A DNA stretch of 64,000 nucleotides, taken from Paludibacteraceae bacterium. GTDB taxonomy: Bacteria; Bacteroidota; Bacteroidia; Bacteroidales; Paludibacteraceae. Location: the NCBI GenBank assembly GCA_017447875.1, contig JAFSMP010000022.1:366-64365 (forward strand), given 5' to 3'. Of the stretch, positions 17,770 to 28,100 are shown piece by piece (the first letter of the stretch is position 1; each line of letters opens with the position of its first letter). The position numbers were made by a program, and so were the translations under genes. The notes under the pieces are model-generated. The model ran no database searches, was not told where the DNA came from, and worked only from the letters and a program-made list of their open reading frames with translations.

Positions 17770-18704
17770 ACTTTCTCGTCATTATACCGGCGAATAAAAT
17801 ACCCCGGTCTATTCTTGGTCTCATTGAAGATACGCCCCAGGTATTCACCTAAGACCCCTATCGTAAGTAACTGAACACCACCGAGAAAAAGGATAGTCAC
17901 CATGATGGTCGGATAACCGGCAACCGGGTCGCCGTAGAGCAAGGTGGTAATCAAGATATAGATCAGATAGATAAACGCCACGAAGGAGACGCCTATACCC
18001 AGGTACATCGCGATGCGAAGCGGTGCGACCGTATAACTGGTCAGACCATTGATGGCGAGGTTGAGCAGTTGGGATAATTTCCACTTGGAGGCTCCCTGTT
18101 GCCGCTCAAGTTGGTCGTAGTAGATGCTCTTCTTTTTGAATCCGATCCAGGAGTACAGACCCTTCGTGTTCCGCTCCGATTCCCGCATCTGACGCAGCGC
18201 CTCGATGCACGTGCGATCCAGCAGACGGAAGTCACCCGTGTTCTTTTGTATCGGTACACGCGTCATACGTTGCAGCAAGGAGTAATACCACTGCGAGGTC
18301 TTGCGTTTGAACCAGGTCTCCTGACTCGAGCGACGCTGGGCATAGACATCGTCATAGCCTTCTTCCCACCATTGGAGCATCTCCGGGATGGCCGAGATAG
18401 GATGCTGCATGTCGGCATCCATGATAATGACGGCATCCCCCTTCGCATAGTCAAAACCCGCCATCATCGCCTTCTCTTTGCCGTAGTTACGCGACAGATC
18501 GATATACGACCAATGCTGCGGATCGGCATGATGCAGCGCGATCATCTTATCCAGCGTACCATCGGTACTACCGTCGTTGACGAGCAGGAACTCCCAGTCA
18601 TAGGCCGGGTTTTCTTTCAGCACCTGATTCATGCATTCTTGCAGCAGATCAAAGCATGCCTCTTCGTTGTAGGCGGGCAGCAGAATGGTGATTTTCTTTT
18701 TCAT
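17766..18704 (-). CDS. GT2 polyprenyl-phosphate glycosyltransferase (ArnC/GtrB/DPM1-like)
   Basis: ILLPAYNEE, VNDGSTDGT and MDADMQHP (DxD) motifs plus two C-terminal TM helices, the ArnC/GtrB architecture. Confidence 0.85.
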   Translation of the reverse strand: MKKKITILLPAYNEEACFDLLQECMNQVLKENPAYDWEFLLVNDGSTDGTLDKMIALHHADPQHWSYIDLSRNYGKEKAMMAGFDYAKGDAVIIMDADMQHPISAIPEMLQWWEEGYDDVYAQRRSSQETWFKRKTSQWYYSLLQRMTRVPIQKNTGDFRLLDRTCIEALRQMRESERNTKGLYSWIGFKKKSIYYDQLERQQGASKWKLSQLLNLAINGLTSYTVAPLRIAMYLGIGVSFVAFIYLIYILITTLLYGDPVAGYPTIMVTILFLGGVQLLTIGVLGEYLGRIFNETKNRPGYFIRRYNDEKV

Positions 18705-18713
18705 ATAAGCGCG

Positions 18714-20438
18714 TTATTTGAGTTGACGAATGAGGGTGTTATAATCGACACGGTCACCGATATAACGGGGTCGCGTGGTGTTATATTGCGGGCTGAGCAA
18801 GTCCCTGTCCGCATCGTATTCGGGTGTAGTGATACCGGCCAAGGTGAAGAGCATATGGCACACATCACTATTGACAAAAGGCTTGTCCTGGGCAGCTTGA
18901 ATCTGCGCCACCAGTTCCGGATGGTTCGTTCGGAAGGCATCCGACACCAGCATAAAGAACGGAATCTCAAACTGGTAATGCGCCACTTGGGGCGTGAGGT
19001 TATTCTGGTCAGAACGCTCGTAAAAATTTCGATAGTCATAGCATTCCTCGCCATGGTCCGACAGATAGATCGCTATCGCATCCCGATCGGCGAAGAGCGA
19101 CCATAGTTCATTCAGACAATGGTCATGGAAGAGCGTCGCATTCGCATACTGCGCCCGAATCGCGCAACCGTGCGAACCGCCGTAAGTAGGCGTCAGGCTA
19201 TCGGCTTGGAAATAGTCGAAGTCCGACGGGAAACGGTCGGCATAACTGACGTGCTGACCGATATAATGGACGATGAACAGACTCGGGTGAAGGAGGGTGC
19301 CGCCCAACGAATCCGTGAGGAAGGTGCGCAGGTCGGCATTGAGACCGGAGTCATAAGCGAACAGCGAACGGTTACGCGCCGTAAACTGCATCCGTGCCAG
19401 GTCAGGATGATTGACCAGGGCTCCCCCCAGATTAGAGAACAGTCCGCCTCCTCCGTCCACGACGAACTGGTTAGACCAATAATAGACATCATACCCGGCT
19501 TTGCGGAAGACCGCCGGAAAAAGGGTGTTCTCGGTGGAGAGGAGATGCTGCATGACCTGCGCCGTGAGGTTGGACTGGGTGACGACATCCGAGAAGAGGT
19601 AGAGTTGCCCCTCGTCGCGTAAGCGGCACAGGTTAGGCGTCGTCGGTAAAGATGCCGGGTTATAGAGCGGCGTATGATGCTTGTTGAACGACTCGCCGAT
19701 GATGAGCACGATACAGGGCGAGCGGAAAGTACAACCGTCCACCTGCGTCTGCTCCACTTTCGGCACCAGGGTATTGTATTCCTTGACCGTCAGCACCGTG
19801 TAGGCAACCCCATACACAAAACGGATCGTAGGTGTGCGCAGGCAGGGCAGGTAACGCTCGTCATTGAGTTCAGCTACGGAATCCAGCGAGAAACAACGTA
19901 TGAGTTTGATATACGAATGTTCACCGCGCAGCGCCGACCATATCGTGCAGATGCAGCAGAGGGCTATCAGCACCTGCCGCACCGTCTTATGCAGACGCGG
20001 CCACAGCATAGTGGTGCCTTTAGCCAGCAGCACGGCTGCTGCACCGCAGGACAAGGTGATCCATAGCGCCGGAGTTGCCCAAAGACCGGAGAGGAATTCC
20101 GAGGCTTCCCGGGTGTCGGTCTCCAGGATCAGTTTGACGATCCGCACGGAGAAAAGGGAGGAATAGAAAAGCAGCGAGAAGATCTCACTCAGCCATAAGA
20201 GGATGGCTATTATCCATGCCACCCAATGTAACCGGATCGGACGAAGGAGAGCGGCCAAGACACAATAGATATACGCACCCCAGAGCGGTATCAGCAAGGC
20301 CAGGAAGATATCGTTGGTCATGACGATATTACTGACAATAGTCAGTATCAGCGCCAAAAACAGCATGCTCAGATAGAAGATGCGGTTGGTGCTGACCGGA
20401 TAGAGGAGTCCGTTATATAGTCGTTTGAGCCAGTTCAT
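18714..20438 (-). CDS. membrane-anchored sulfatase-family transferase (phosphoethanolamine/phosphoglycerol transferase-like)
   Basis: N-terminal multi-TM region followed by an alkaline-phosphatase-superfamily domain (VLIIGESFNKHHTPLYN, YLSDHGEE). Confidence 0.75.
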   Translation of the reverse strand: MNWLKRLYNGLLYPVSTNRIFYLSMLFLALILTIVSNIVMTNDIFLALLIPLWGAYIYCVLAALLRPIRLHWVAWIIAILLWLSEIFSLLFYSSLFSVRIVKLILETDTREASEFLSGLWATPALWITLSCGAAAVLLAKGTTMLWPRLHKTVRQVLIALCCICTIWSALRGEHSYIKLIRCFSLDSVAELNDERYLPCLRTPTIRFVYGVAYTVLTVKEYNTLVPKVEQTQVDGCTFRSPCIVLIIGESFNKHHTPLYNPASLPTTPNLCRLRDEGQLYLFSDVVTQSNLTAQVMQHLLSTENTLFPAVFRKAGYDVYYWSNQFVVDGGGGLFSNLGGALVNHPDLARMQFTARNRSLFAYDSGLNADLRTFLTDSLGGTLLHPSLFIVHYIGQHVSYADRFPSDFDYFQADSLTPTYGGSHGCAIRAQYANATLFHDHCLNELWSLFADRDAIAIYLSDHGEECYDYRNFYERSDQNNLTPQVAHYQFEIPFFMLVSDAFRTNHPELVAQIQAAQDKPFVNSDVCHMLFTLAGITTPEYDADRDLLSPQYNTTRPRYIGDRVDYNTLIRQLK

Positions 20439-21579
20439 GATAAGTTATAAACGTCGCCCCGCGGGACTGCAGGTCGGTGATCGTCGCTTTCAGCCGTTCG
20501 TACATCGCATCCCCTGCATTATGACGAATGATAAACGGCAGTTTCCATTCGGGATGGTCTGCTAAAGGATAGAACTCCCAGGGATGAAAATAGGTATTGA
20601 AATAGCCGTCATGCCGCAGCGTTCGACGCACAAGCGCCTGGTACAGCCACAACGGGAAGTTATGCAACGCCAGCCAGAAGAGAGGGATGCGGAACCAGGG
20701 AGTGACCGATGCCGGGATCTGCAATATGTCCTGCTCATAGAACCACGTACGCGGCATGTCGAGATGCATGTACCGTCCGGGGATGAACGCCGGGTTGAGC
20801 GAGGCGTTGTACTCGTAGCCTTGTCGCTTCAGTTCCGCTATATCCACCGGGAACATACGCGGTTGCCGATAGCCGTAGATCGGTTGTCCCGTCTGCGCTT
20901 CCAGCACTTGCTTGGAGGTAATCACATGTTCCGGTTGCGGTTGCCAGTGATCGCATCCGTGCGAAGCGACCTCGTGCCCTTCGCGAACGATACGCTCCAT
21001 GAGTTCCGGTGCGTGCGTCGCAAAATTAGCGGTGCAGAAGAAGGTAGCATGGATGCCGCATTCCTGAAGACAATCAAGGATACGGGTGGTGCCGAAACGG
21101 GAGATCTCCATGCCTTGCGCGATCGGGTCCCACTCTACTCCATGCTCTTTGGGCACGTCGTATTCCTCGGTGTCAAACGAGAGTAAGACCTTGCCTTCGA
21201 TGGCATGTTTGGGAAAATGGTACACGAGGTACAGCACCGCGTACTGCACCATCATTGCTACCGCCATCACCAGGATCGGTGCGATCAGTTGATGAATACC
21301 AAACCACAGGAAGAGGTTAAGCAGCACGATATGCAGCACGAAGTTCAGTGCATGACTGCCGGAAAAGCCGACAAAACGTCCCCAGGTAGGCCGGGAAGAG
21401 AAAGTGAAATAACTGGTTGCAAAGAAATTCCCGATAAAACTGATCAGGTATCCGGCTATATACGCTGCGTTCACCGGTGCGGACACCAGAAGTAGCATAT
21501 AATAAATGCCATAGTGGACTACTGCAGCGCAGCAACCCACTATACAAAATCGGAAGAATGATCGGTATTTCTCGCGCAT
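20413..21579 (-). CDS. GtrA-like membrane domain fused to polysaccharide deacetylase (NodB/ArnD-like) domain
   Basis: Residues 1-120 carry four TM helices with FFRFCIVGCCAAVVHYGIYY (GtrA family pattern). Residues from about 125 onward have LLSFDTEEYD, EVASHGCDH and GYRQPRM, matching NodB-homology motifs as in ArnD. Confidence 0.8.
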   Translation of the reverse strand: MREKYRSFFRFCIVGCCAAVVHYGIYYMLLLVSAPVNAAYIAGYLISFIGNFFATSYFTFSSRPTWGRFVGFSGSHALNFVLHIVLLNLFLWFGIHQLIAPILVMAVAMMVQYAVLYLVYHFPKHAIEGKVLLSFDTEEYDVPKEHGVEWDPIAQGMEISRFGTTRILDCLQECGIHATFFCTANFATHAPELMERIVREGHEVASHGCDHWQPQPEHVITSKQVLEAQTGQPIYGYRQPRMFPVDIAELKRQGYEYNASLNPAFIPGRYMHLDMPRTWFYEQDILQIPASVTPWFRIPLFWLALHNFPLWLYQALVRRTLRHDGYFNTYFHPWEFYPLADHPEWKLPFIIRHNAGDAMYERLKATITDLQSRGATFITYHELAQTTI

Positions 21580-21594
21580 ACCTGCATCCTCCTT

Positions 21595-22908
21595 TTAACG
21601 AATCATGTCGTCCCCGAAATACGGTTGAAGGGCTTTCGGAATACGAATACCTTCTTCGCACTGATTATTCTCCAGCAGCGCAGCCACGATACGCGGCAGT
21701 GCCAGAGCCGAACCGTTCAGCGTGTGGCAGAGTTGCACTTTCTTGTCCTCCGCACGGCGGTAACGGCATTTGAGACGATTCGCCTGATACGTGTCGAAAT
21801 TGGACGTACTGGACACCTCGAGCCAACGATGTTGTGCCTCGCTATAGACTTCAAAGTCATAGCAAAGCGCAGCCGTGAACGACATATCACCACCGCTCAG
21901 ACGAAGGATGCGGTAAGGCAACTCCAGTTTCTGGAGCAGGCCTTCTACGTGGTCCAACATCTCCTTATGCGATACATCCGAATGTTCGGGCGTGTCGATA
22001 CGAACGATCTCGATCTTCGAGAACTCATGCAGACGGTTCAGACCGCGTACATCCTTACCGTACGAACCTGCCTCACGACGGAAACACTCCGTGTAGGCGC
22101 AGTTCTTGATCGGCAGTTGCGCCTCGTCGATGATGACGTCGCGGTAGAGGTTCGTCACCGGTACTTCGGCCGTCGGAATGAGATAGAGGTCGTCCACTTC
22201 GCAATGGTACATCTGACCTTCCTTATCGGGCAGCTGACCCGTTCCGTAACCCGAAGCGGCATTCACTACGGTTGGCGGCATGATCTCCGTGTAACCGGCT
22301 TTGTTGGCTTCCGCGAGGAAGAAATTGATGAGGGCACGTTGCAGACGCGCACCTTGACCGATATAAACCGGGAAACCGGCACCCGAGATCTTCACACCGA
22401 GGTCGAAGTCAATGAGGTTGTACTTCTTCGCAAGTTCCCAGTGAGGGAGTTTCGCTTCGTCGTTATTCACCTCACCTACCCAGGTTCCGACAGTGTCACC
22501 ACCGCGGTGGGGTACGTTCGATTTAACGACCAGGTTATCTTCTGCAGCCGCACCTTCCGGCACGATGTCGTAGGGTACGTTCGGGATGGTAAGCAGCAGT
22601 TTGGTCTGTGCCTCTTCGGCCGCTGCCATCTTCTCGTCGTACTCAGCGATCTGTGCTTTGAGGGCACCGGTCTGAGCCTTAGCTGCTTCCGCCTCGTCAC
22701 GTTTACCTTGCGCCATGAGGGCACCGATGGACTTACTGATCTTATTCATCTCAGCAGCCGCAGCATCTTTCATCTGCTGAGCACTCTTGCGCTCTCCATC
22801 AAGACGAAGCACTTCGTCGATTGCCTCTTGGGCGCCTGAGAAGTGCTTCTTGTTGAGACCGGCAATGACTTTCGCCTTGTCGTCGTAAATTTGTTTTAAA
22901 GTTAACAT
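21595..22908 (-). CDS. serS: serine--tRNA ligase
   Basis: N-terminal coiled-coil arm, class II motifs (FRREAGSYGKDVRGLNRLHEF, GSALALPR). 437 aa. Confidence 0.93.
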   Translation of the reverse strand: MLTLKQIYDDKAKVIAGLNKKHFSGAQEAIDEVLRLDGERKSAQQMKDAAAAEMNKISKSIGALMAQGKRDEAEAAKAQTGALKAQIAEYDEKMAAAEEAQTKLLLTIPNVPYDIVPEGAAAEDNLVVKSNVPHRGGDTVGTWVGEVNNDEAKLPHWELAKKYNLIDFDLGVKISGAGFPVYIGQGARLQRALINFFLAEANKAGYTEIMPPTVVNAASGYGTGQLPDKEGQMYHCEVDDLYLIPTAEVPVTNLYRDVIIDEAQLPIKNCAYTECFRREAGSYGKDVRGLNRLHEFSKIEIVRIDTPEHSDVSHKEMLDHVEGLLQKLELPYRILRLSGGDMSFTAALCYDFEVYSEAQHRWLEVSSTSNFDTYQANRLKCRYRRAEDKKVQLCHTLNGSALALPRIVAALLENNQCEEGIRIPKALQPYFGDDMIR

Positions 22909-22910
22909 GT

Positions 22911-23171
22911 TTACGCCTCTACCGGTTGAATGGATACGTACGATTTGTTGTCGCGTTTCTTGCGGAAGGTTACGATACCGTCGCAGAGAGCGAACAAGGT
23001 GTGATCCGAACCCATACCCATGTTTTCACCCGGGTTATGAACCGTACCACGTTGACGTACGATGATGTTACCTGCCTTTGCGAATTGACCACCAAAGATC
23101 TTCACGCCAAGACGTTTGCTTTCTGATTCACGGCCGTTCTTTGAACTACCGACACCTTTCTTGTGAGCCAT
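22911..23171 (-). CDS. rpmA: 50S ribosomal protein L27
   Basis: [24 protein letters not shown] is the conserved L27 N-terminus. Confidence 0.97.
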   Translation of the reverse strand: MAHKKGVGSSKNGRESESKRLGVKIFGGQFAKAGNIIVRQRGTVHNPGENMGMGSDHTLFALCDGIVTFRKKRDNKSYVSIQPVEA

Positions 23172-23188
23172 ACTGGTTGTCCTTTCTT

Positions 23189-23509
23189 TTAAGCAATAAC
23201 AATTTCTTTAACTACTACATTCGTGAGGTCCTGACGGTGACCGTTCAGCTTGCGATAACCTTTGCGACGTTTCTTGTGGAATACAAGAATCTTCTCACCG
23301 CGGCACTCGTTGTCGAGCACTTCGCAAACTACTTTTGCACCCTTTACATAAGGAGCACCCACTTTTACTTTACCCTCGTTGTCGAGGAGCAGAACGTTCT
23401 CAAACTCTACCGTTGCACCTTTCTCGAGGTCAGCGATGCGGTTGATGAACAGTTTTTTGCCAGCTTCTACCTTAAACTGCTGGCCTTTCATCTCTACAAT
23501 TGCGTACAT
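23189..23509 (-). CDS. rplU: 50S ribosomal protein L21
   Basis: [21 protein letters not shown] is the conserved L21 N-terminus. It sits directly upstream of rpmA. Confidence 0.97.
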   Translation of the reverse strand: MYAIVEMKGQQFKVEAGKKLFINRIADLEKGATVEFENVLLLDNEGKVKVGAPYVKGAKVVCEVLDNECRGEKILVFHKKRRKGYRKLNGHRQDLTNVVVKEIVIA

Positions 23510-23595
23510 TGATACGTTTGTAATTAATGTTAGGGCGGTGCGGCGGTCGTTATACGAAACGACACTTACTCGAGCCTAATCCGCAAAAAAGCGTG

Positions 23596-23627
23596 CAAAA
23601 TTACTACAAATTTTTGACATACGCAAA
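23596..23627 (-). promoter_or_regulatory. promoter of the rplU-rpmA-serS operon (TTTG-N20-TAATTTTG)
   Basis: Minus strand TTTGCGTATGTCAAAAATTTGTAGTAATTTTGCACGC. It leaves a leader of about 85 nt containing the hairpin GTCGTT/AACGAC (23547-23564). Confidence 0.75.
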
Positions 23628-23650
23628 TATTTCTGCATTTTTTTGCAAAA

Positions 23651-25141
23651 TTATTGCTTTTTGTTCATCCTTTTTGCCATTCCCATGGCATTGGTCGGGC
23701 AAACGAGTCGGCAAAGATGGCATCCGACGCATTTGGTTCCGATGATATGCGGTTGTCGGTCTTCGCCGAAAGAAATCGCCTGATGACCACCGTCCATACA
23801 GGAGATATAGCAGCGTCCGCAACCGATACATTTCTCTCTATCCACCTTCGGGAACACCATCGTCTCACGGTCCAAGTCACTCGGCATCACCACGTCCGGT
23901 AAGGCTTCGCCTACCAGTTTCTTGAGTTCCGTGATGCCCTGTTCCTGCATGTAGGTTTGGAGACCCAGTTTCAGGTCATCGATGATCCGGTAACCGTACT
24001 CCATGACGGACGTACATACCTGCACGTTACGGCAACCGAGGCGAATAAAATCCAAGGCGTCACGCCAGGTCTCAATACCGCCTATACCGCTGATATCCAT
24101 ATGTTTCTCGATACCCGCCTTATGCAAAACCGGGTTGCCTGTCATCTCGTAGATCATCCGCAGGGCGATGGGTTTGACGGCCTTGCCGGAATAGCCGCTG
24201 ACGGTGATCTTACCGCTCACCTCCGCCTCCTCACTCATCGTAATGGACTTGATCGTGTTGATAGCACTGATTCCCTTTGCGCCACCGAAATAACAAGCCA
24301 TGGAGGCTTTGTCCAAGGACTTCACATTCGGCGTCATCTTGGGAATCACGGGTATCTTCACCGCCTCCGACACAAACGAGGTGTACGCTAACACCAGTTC
24401 CGGATTCTGACCGATATCGGAACCCAGACCGCTCAATCGCATCTGCGGGCAGGAGAAGTTCAGTTCTACGGCATCGCAGCCTGCATCTTCTGCCATCTTG
24501 GCCAGTTCGATCCACTCCTCTTCCGTCTGCCCCATGATGGACGCGACGATGCGTTTGGTGGGATAGTTGACTTTCAGACGGTGCAGGATGTCAAAGTCCA
24601 TCTCGTAGGGATTCTCGCTTAACTGCTCCATGTTTCGGAAGCCGACGAAGGACGTACCGCCCTTTCGCACAGCGTCGAATCGCGGACTCACCTCACGGAT
24701 ATCCTGCTTGCAGATCGTCTTGTAGAACACACCTGCCCAACCCGCTTCAAGCGCGCGCGATACCATATCATAATTGGTACAGATCGCCGAACTGGCCAGG
24801 AAGAAGGGATTCTCGCACACCATGTCGCAGAAGTTGATCTCCAGCGAAGGCAGTCCTGCAGCGTCAGCGGTCTTACAGTCCGCAGAACGGTCTAACAGCG
24901 TCAGCGGTCTAACAGCGTCAGCGGTCAGCGAACACAGTTCGCTAATCCTTATCGGTTGGTCGTAATGGATACAGGCTTTCTCCGCGGCAGCCAAGTCTTC
25001 GTCTGTCAGGTCCGCCCACCAGCGCCATGCGTTGCTTGCGTTATCAAACCGGATCGCCCTGATCGCCCGGGCCACGTTCGCGCCGCAGGGTGCATTCTCG
25101 CATAACAGGCAGCGAGCCGCCTCTTCATGAATGTGCATCAT
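23651..25141 (-). CDS. dihydropyrimidine/dihydroorotate dehydrogenase-like flavoprotein (PreA-like) with C-terminal 2x[4Fe-4S] ferredoxin domain and PreT-like N-terminal extension
   Basis: Core FCDMVCENPFFLASS...GWAGVFYKTI resembles PreA/DHODH class 1. C-terminus has CIGCGRCYISC and CVGCHLCRLVCP. N-terminus EAARCLLCENAPC resembles the PreT/GltD N-terminal Fe-S helix domain. Confidence 0.8.
   Translation of the reverse strand: MMHIHEEAARCLLCENAPCGANVARAIRAIRFDNASNAWRWWADLTDEDLAAAEKACIHYDQPIRISELCSLTADAVRPLTLLDRSADCKTADAAGLPSLEINFCDMVCENPFFLASSAICTNYDMVSRALEAGWAGVFYKTICKQDIREVSPRFDAVRKGGTSFVGFRNMEQLSENPYEMDFDILHRLKVNYPTKRIVASIMGQTEEEWIELAKMAEDAGCDAVELNFSCPQMRLSGLGSDIGQNPELVLAYTSFVSEAVKIPVIPKMTPNVKSLDKASMACYFGGAKGISAINTIKSITMSEEAEVSGKITVSGYSGKAVKPIALRMIYEMTGNPVLHKAGIEKHMDISGIGGIETWRDALDFIRLGCRNVQVCTSVMEYGYRIIDDLKLGLQTYMQEQGITELKKLVGEALPDVVMPSDLDRETMVFPKVDREKCIGCGRCYISCMDGGHQAISFGEDRQPHIIGTKCVGCHLCRLVCPTNAMGMAKRMNKKQ
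24888..24921. repeat. perfect 17-nt tandem duplication (CGGTCTAACAGCGTCAG x2) in coding sequence
   Basis: Read directly. Copy 1 is translated as PLTLLD and copy 2 as (T)ADAVR, so one DNA unit is read in two frames. Confidence 0.95.
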
Positions 25142-25153
25142 AGGTATGATTGT

Positions 25154-28100
25154 TTAGAGATGTTTCACTTGTACTCCGAGCGCATTGTACAGTTTACCGT
25201 CGCGGAGGATGAACAGTTGTCCGTTCATGAGGAACTTGACGGTATGACTCGAGTGGTCAAACACGTTCCGGATGCCTTCCGTGCCATTGGTCGTGGTAAA
25301 GGAGCTGTTGAGAGAGGTGAGGATCGAACCGTCATCTTCGCAAGCGACGAGCGTGTACGGATAGGTTGTCTCCGGTTCCAGATCATCGATCTCGAAGGTA
25401 ACTTCGCCTTCTTCGCGAGGCATGAGACGACGCACGGCATTGGGTTTGGTGACGCTGATCACATGACCGGACGCGTCGTAGGTGATCATCATCAGCACCT
25501 GTGTGCGTGCCTCGTCTGCCCAGACGATGAGCGTGAACGAGTGAACGAACTCGACGTACGGCATGGAGATCACGGCTATGGTATCGGCCGGTTCCACCTC
25601 CATAGCAACCGTAGCCTCATCCATCGGATTCTCTTCTTCCACCAACGCACTCAGGTCTTCCTCCACGACAGTAGGTTCTTGCGGGATGACACGTTTGGCG
25701 TTCAGTTTGAAGACCGTGGTCTGCTCGCGTTCGAGACCGGTTACCTGACGATAGGACGAGAAACGCGGGGCTTCTTCGTTATAGAGGATCATTCGGTTCG
25801 CATAAGCCGCAGCTTCCGGAACGACCGATTTGCCGTATTGGGTGAAGTACCAGTCTGCACCAACCGGAACGGCGTATAGTTGGTTGAGTTTCTGATAACA
25901 ATCCTCGCAACGCGGAGCCAGTTCGCCGTCCTCCACGCGCAGACGATAATAGGTACCGTTCGGTACCACCTCTACGACGGAGACGGTTGCGATATTCATG
26001 TTCGGGGTATACGTTACCGTACTGCGGTAGTTCTGCTCATTTCCGGCGATGAGTGCCTGGGAACCCATGATATTCTTGTTATCCACCGTAGCGATGATGA
26101 GTTTGTCATACGGTTCTATCTCAGACGGGGCATAGACACGAACGGCTATCAGGGTGGTGTCCGCTGCCGTGAAATACATGGTGTCGAACATCTCTACCGG
26201 CTGGATGGGGATATTACGACGGAAAACGGCAGTGAAAGCGGTGTCGCTCATGACTGTCACGGAACGCGGGTTGAGTTGGTTTCCGTCGCTCCAGCCTTCG
26301 AAGACGCAGTCCATACGGGGTTTAGCCATGATGACGGCGGTCTCGCCCTCATTATACTCACCACCGCCGGTTACCGAACCGTTCTCGGTGTTATCCGCCT
26401 GAACCGTTACGGAGTATATCTCTTTCGGAATATAGTCCGACCACTCTACCCACCTGTAACGGGCAGTATTACTGAGATCTACATACACATTATTCGCGGT
26501 GTCCATGAACTCGCCGAAGACCAGATTCTCCATCGCACCGCCATCCGTATACTCTATGTAGTTGCTATAGCCTTTGTACTCGCGGAACTTAAACTGGCTG
26601 TTAGCGGTTGCTTTGACGGTCACACGGTACTCGCCGTTCTTGTAGGTCATCAGCGAGCCTTTCTCCCAACTGTTGTACAATCCGGAGATGAAATCGCCGA
26701 CAATAGCAATCTTTTCCGGAGCACCGGCAGGAGCTTTGAGCGTCACGTTGATATTCACATAGGTGCTGTCGTCATAGTGAAGTTTGCCACACAGCGGATA
26801 GCGGTAGCGCTCCGGATTCGAATAGTCGAACACCAGAACGGTCGTATCTTCCACACTCTCCGGGAATGGCCTCGGAAGGAACGACCACCACCAGCCTGTT
26901 GTAGAATCCAAGTACTGGAGTTGGTTTCCGTAGCTGTAGTTCGCTTCAAGGAGTTGATAATAACTACCCGGCTGAGCATGCACTGTAGCCATCCACGCTT
27001 CCGAGCCCATATAATCTCCGCGCTCGAAATTCAAACTACCGCCATTGCAGAGTATCATCGGGAAAAACTCCGGATTTTCCTCACATACCGGGTCGGAGAG
27101 CACGATCGTATACACCGGATCGTCGATGGAACTGCCCGAAACGCATTGCGCGAAGCGGTAATTATCGTTATCGCTCCAATCGAGTTCGAGGGTCTCAGTC
27201 ATGCCCAGTTCGATATTAGGAAAGGCCACCCAGTAGTCTTCTTCTGCCCAATAATACTGCATCTCATTCGTCCATGCAGTATCGTTCTCTTCGCGGATTT
27301 TGAACGTGTGTCCCACTACATCGGTGAGCGTATAGGTATAAACCGTCCTACCGCTTGCATCCTCCTCTTCTCTCATCGGCATATTCACGCTCCAGTTGTT
27401 GAAGTCACCGATGATGGCCGGTTTCATCTCCGGGCAAGCGTCGGGAGCATAGAGACGGATCGTGTAGTCACGTGTGATCTGGGCCTCACAAGGGTTATTG
27501 TGCTTCTTCCAATATTTGAGCCGATAGATATACGCTCCGGCGGAGGCATAGGCAACATTGCATTCACCCGTATAACCGGCAGTGAGTTGGAGTCTCTTAC
27601 CGCTGACATACGACCATGCATTCACATCGCCGCACTGGTAATCCCAAGTCCAAGCCTTATCCTCCGACACATGCATGGGTTTACCTTCAAAACTGCCGGT
27701 GAAGGGCACTTCTACGGCATACCAGCCCTCGAAGCCGGGTACCTGCTGGAACTTAAGACAATTATCGAAGGACTCCACTGTGCCTGTTCCTTTGCCCCAA
27801 TTGTTGTTTTCGCCTACGAAATACACATCGCCGCAGACCTTAGCGTCGTCCACGAACTGGAGGCAGAGCACCATATTATTGGTCACATCGTACATCGTTG
27901 CCAAAATCGCCGCCGTTGGTATGGTATCCTTCGGCGTATCTGGGATGGTGTCCGTCGGAGTGAAAGGATACGCATCATAAGTTGCTTTATTGACGCGCTC
28001 CAAAGTGATGCTTCCTTTGGGCGATGCCTCACGAATAATGATATAATTGGTGCCTTCCGGAATCGCCCATTTCTGCGCACCGTTCCATCCGTTCGCCCAC

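Noticed and set aside
21625-22839. 404-aa ORF antisense to serS. Similar long antisense ORFs occur at 10383-11588 (leuS), 14507-15331 (tkt), 5971-6912 (ispG), 7742-8716 (htrA), 18099-19106 (GT2/sulfatase), 51071-51781, 51833-52723, 53412-54272 and 54897-55682 (por genes), and 57008-57541.
   Set aside because: Each is fully contained in a confidently identified gene on the other strand and has no recognisable family features.
23510-23595. Ribosomal-protein leader (L21 autoregulatory element) upstream of rplU, including the hairpin GTCGTT/AACGAC at 23547-23564.
   Set aside because: There is only one short hairpin, and I cannot match it from memory to a known Bacteroidota r-protein leader. An Rfam scan or covariation analysis would be needed before calling it.
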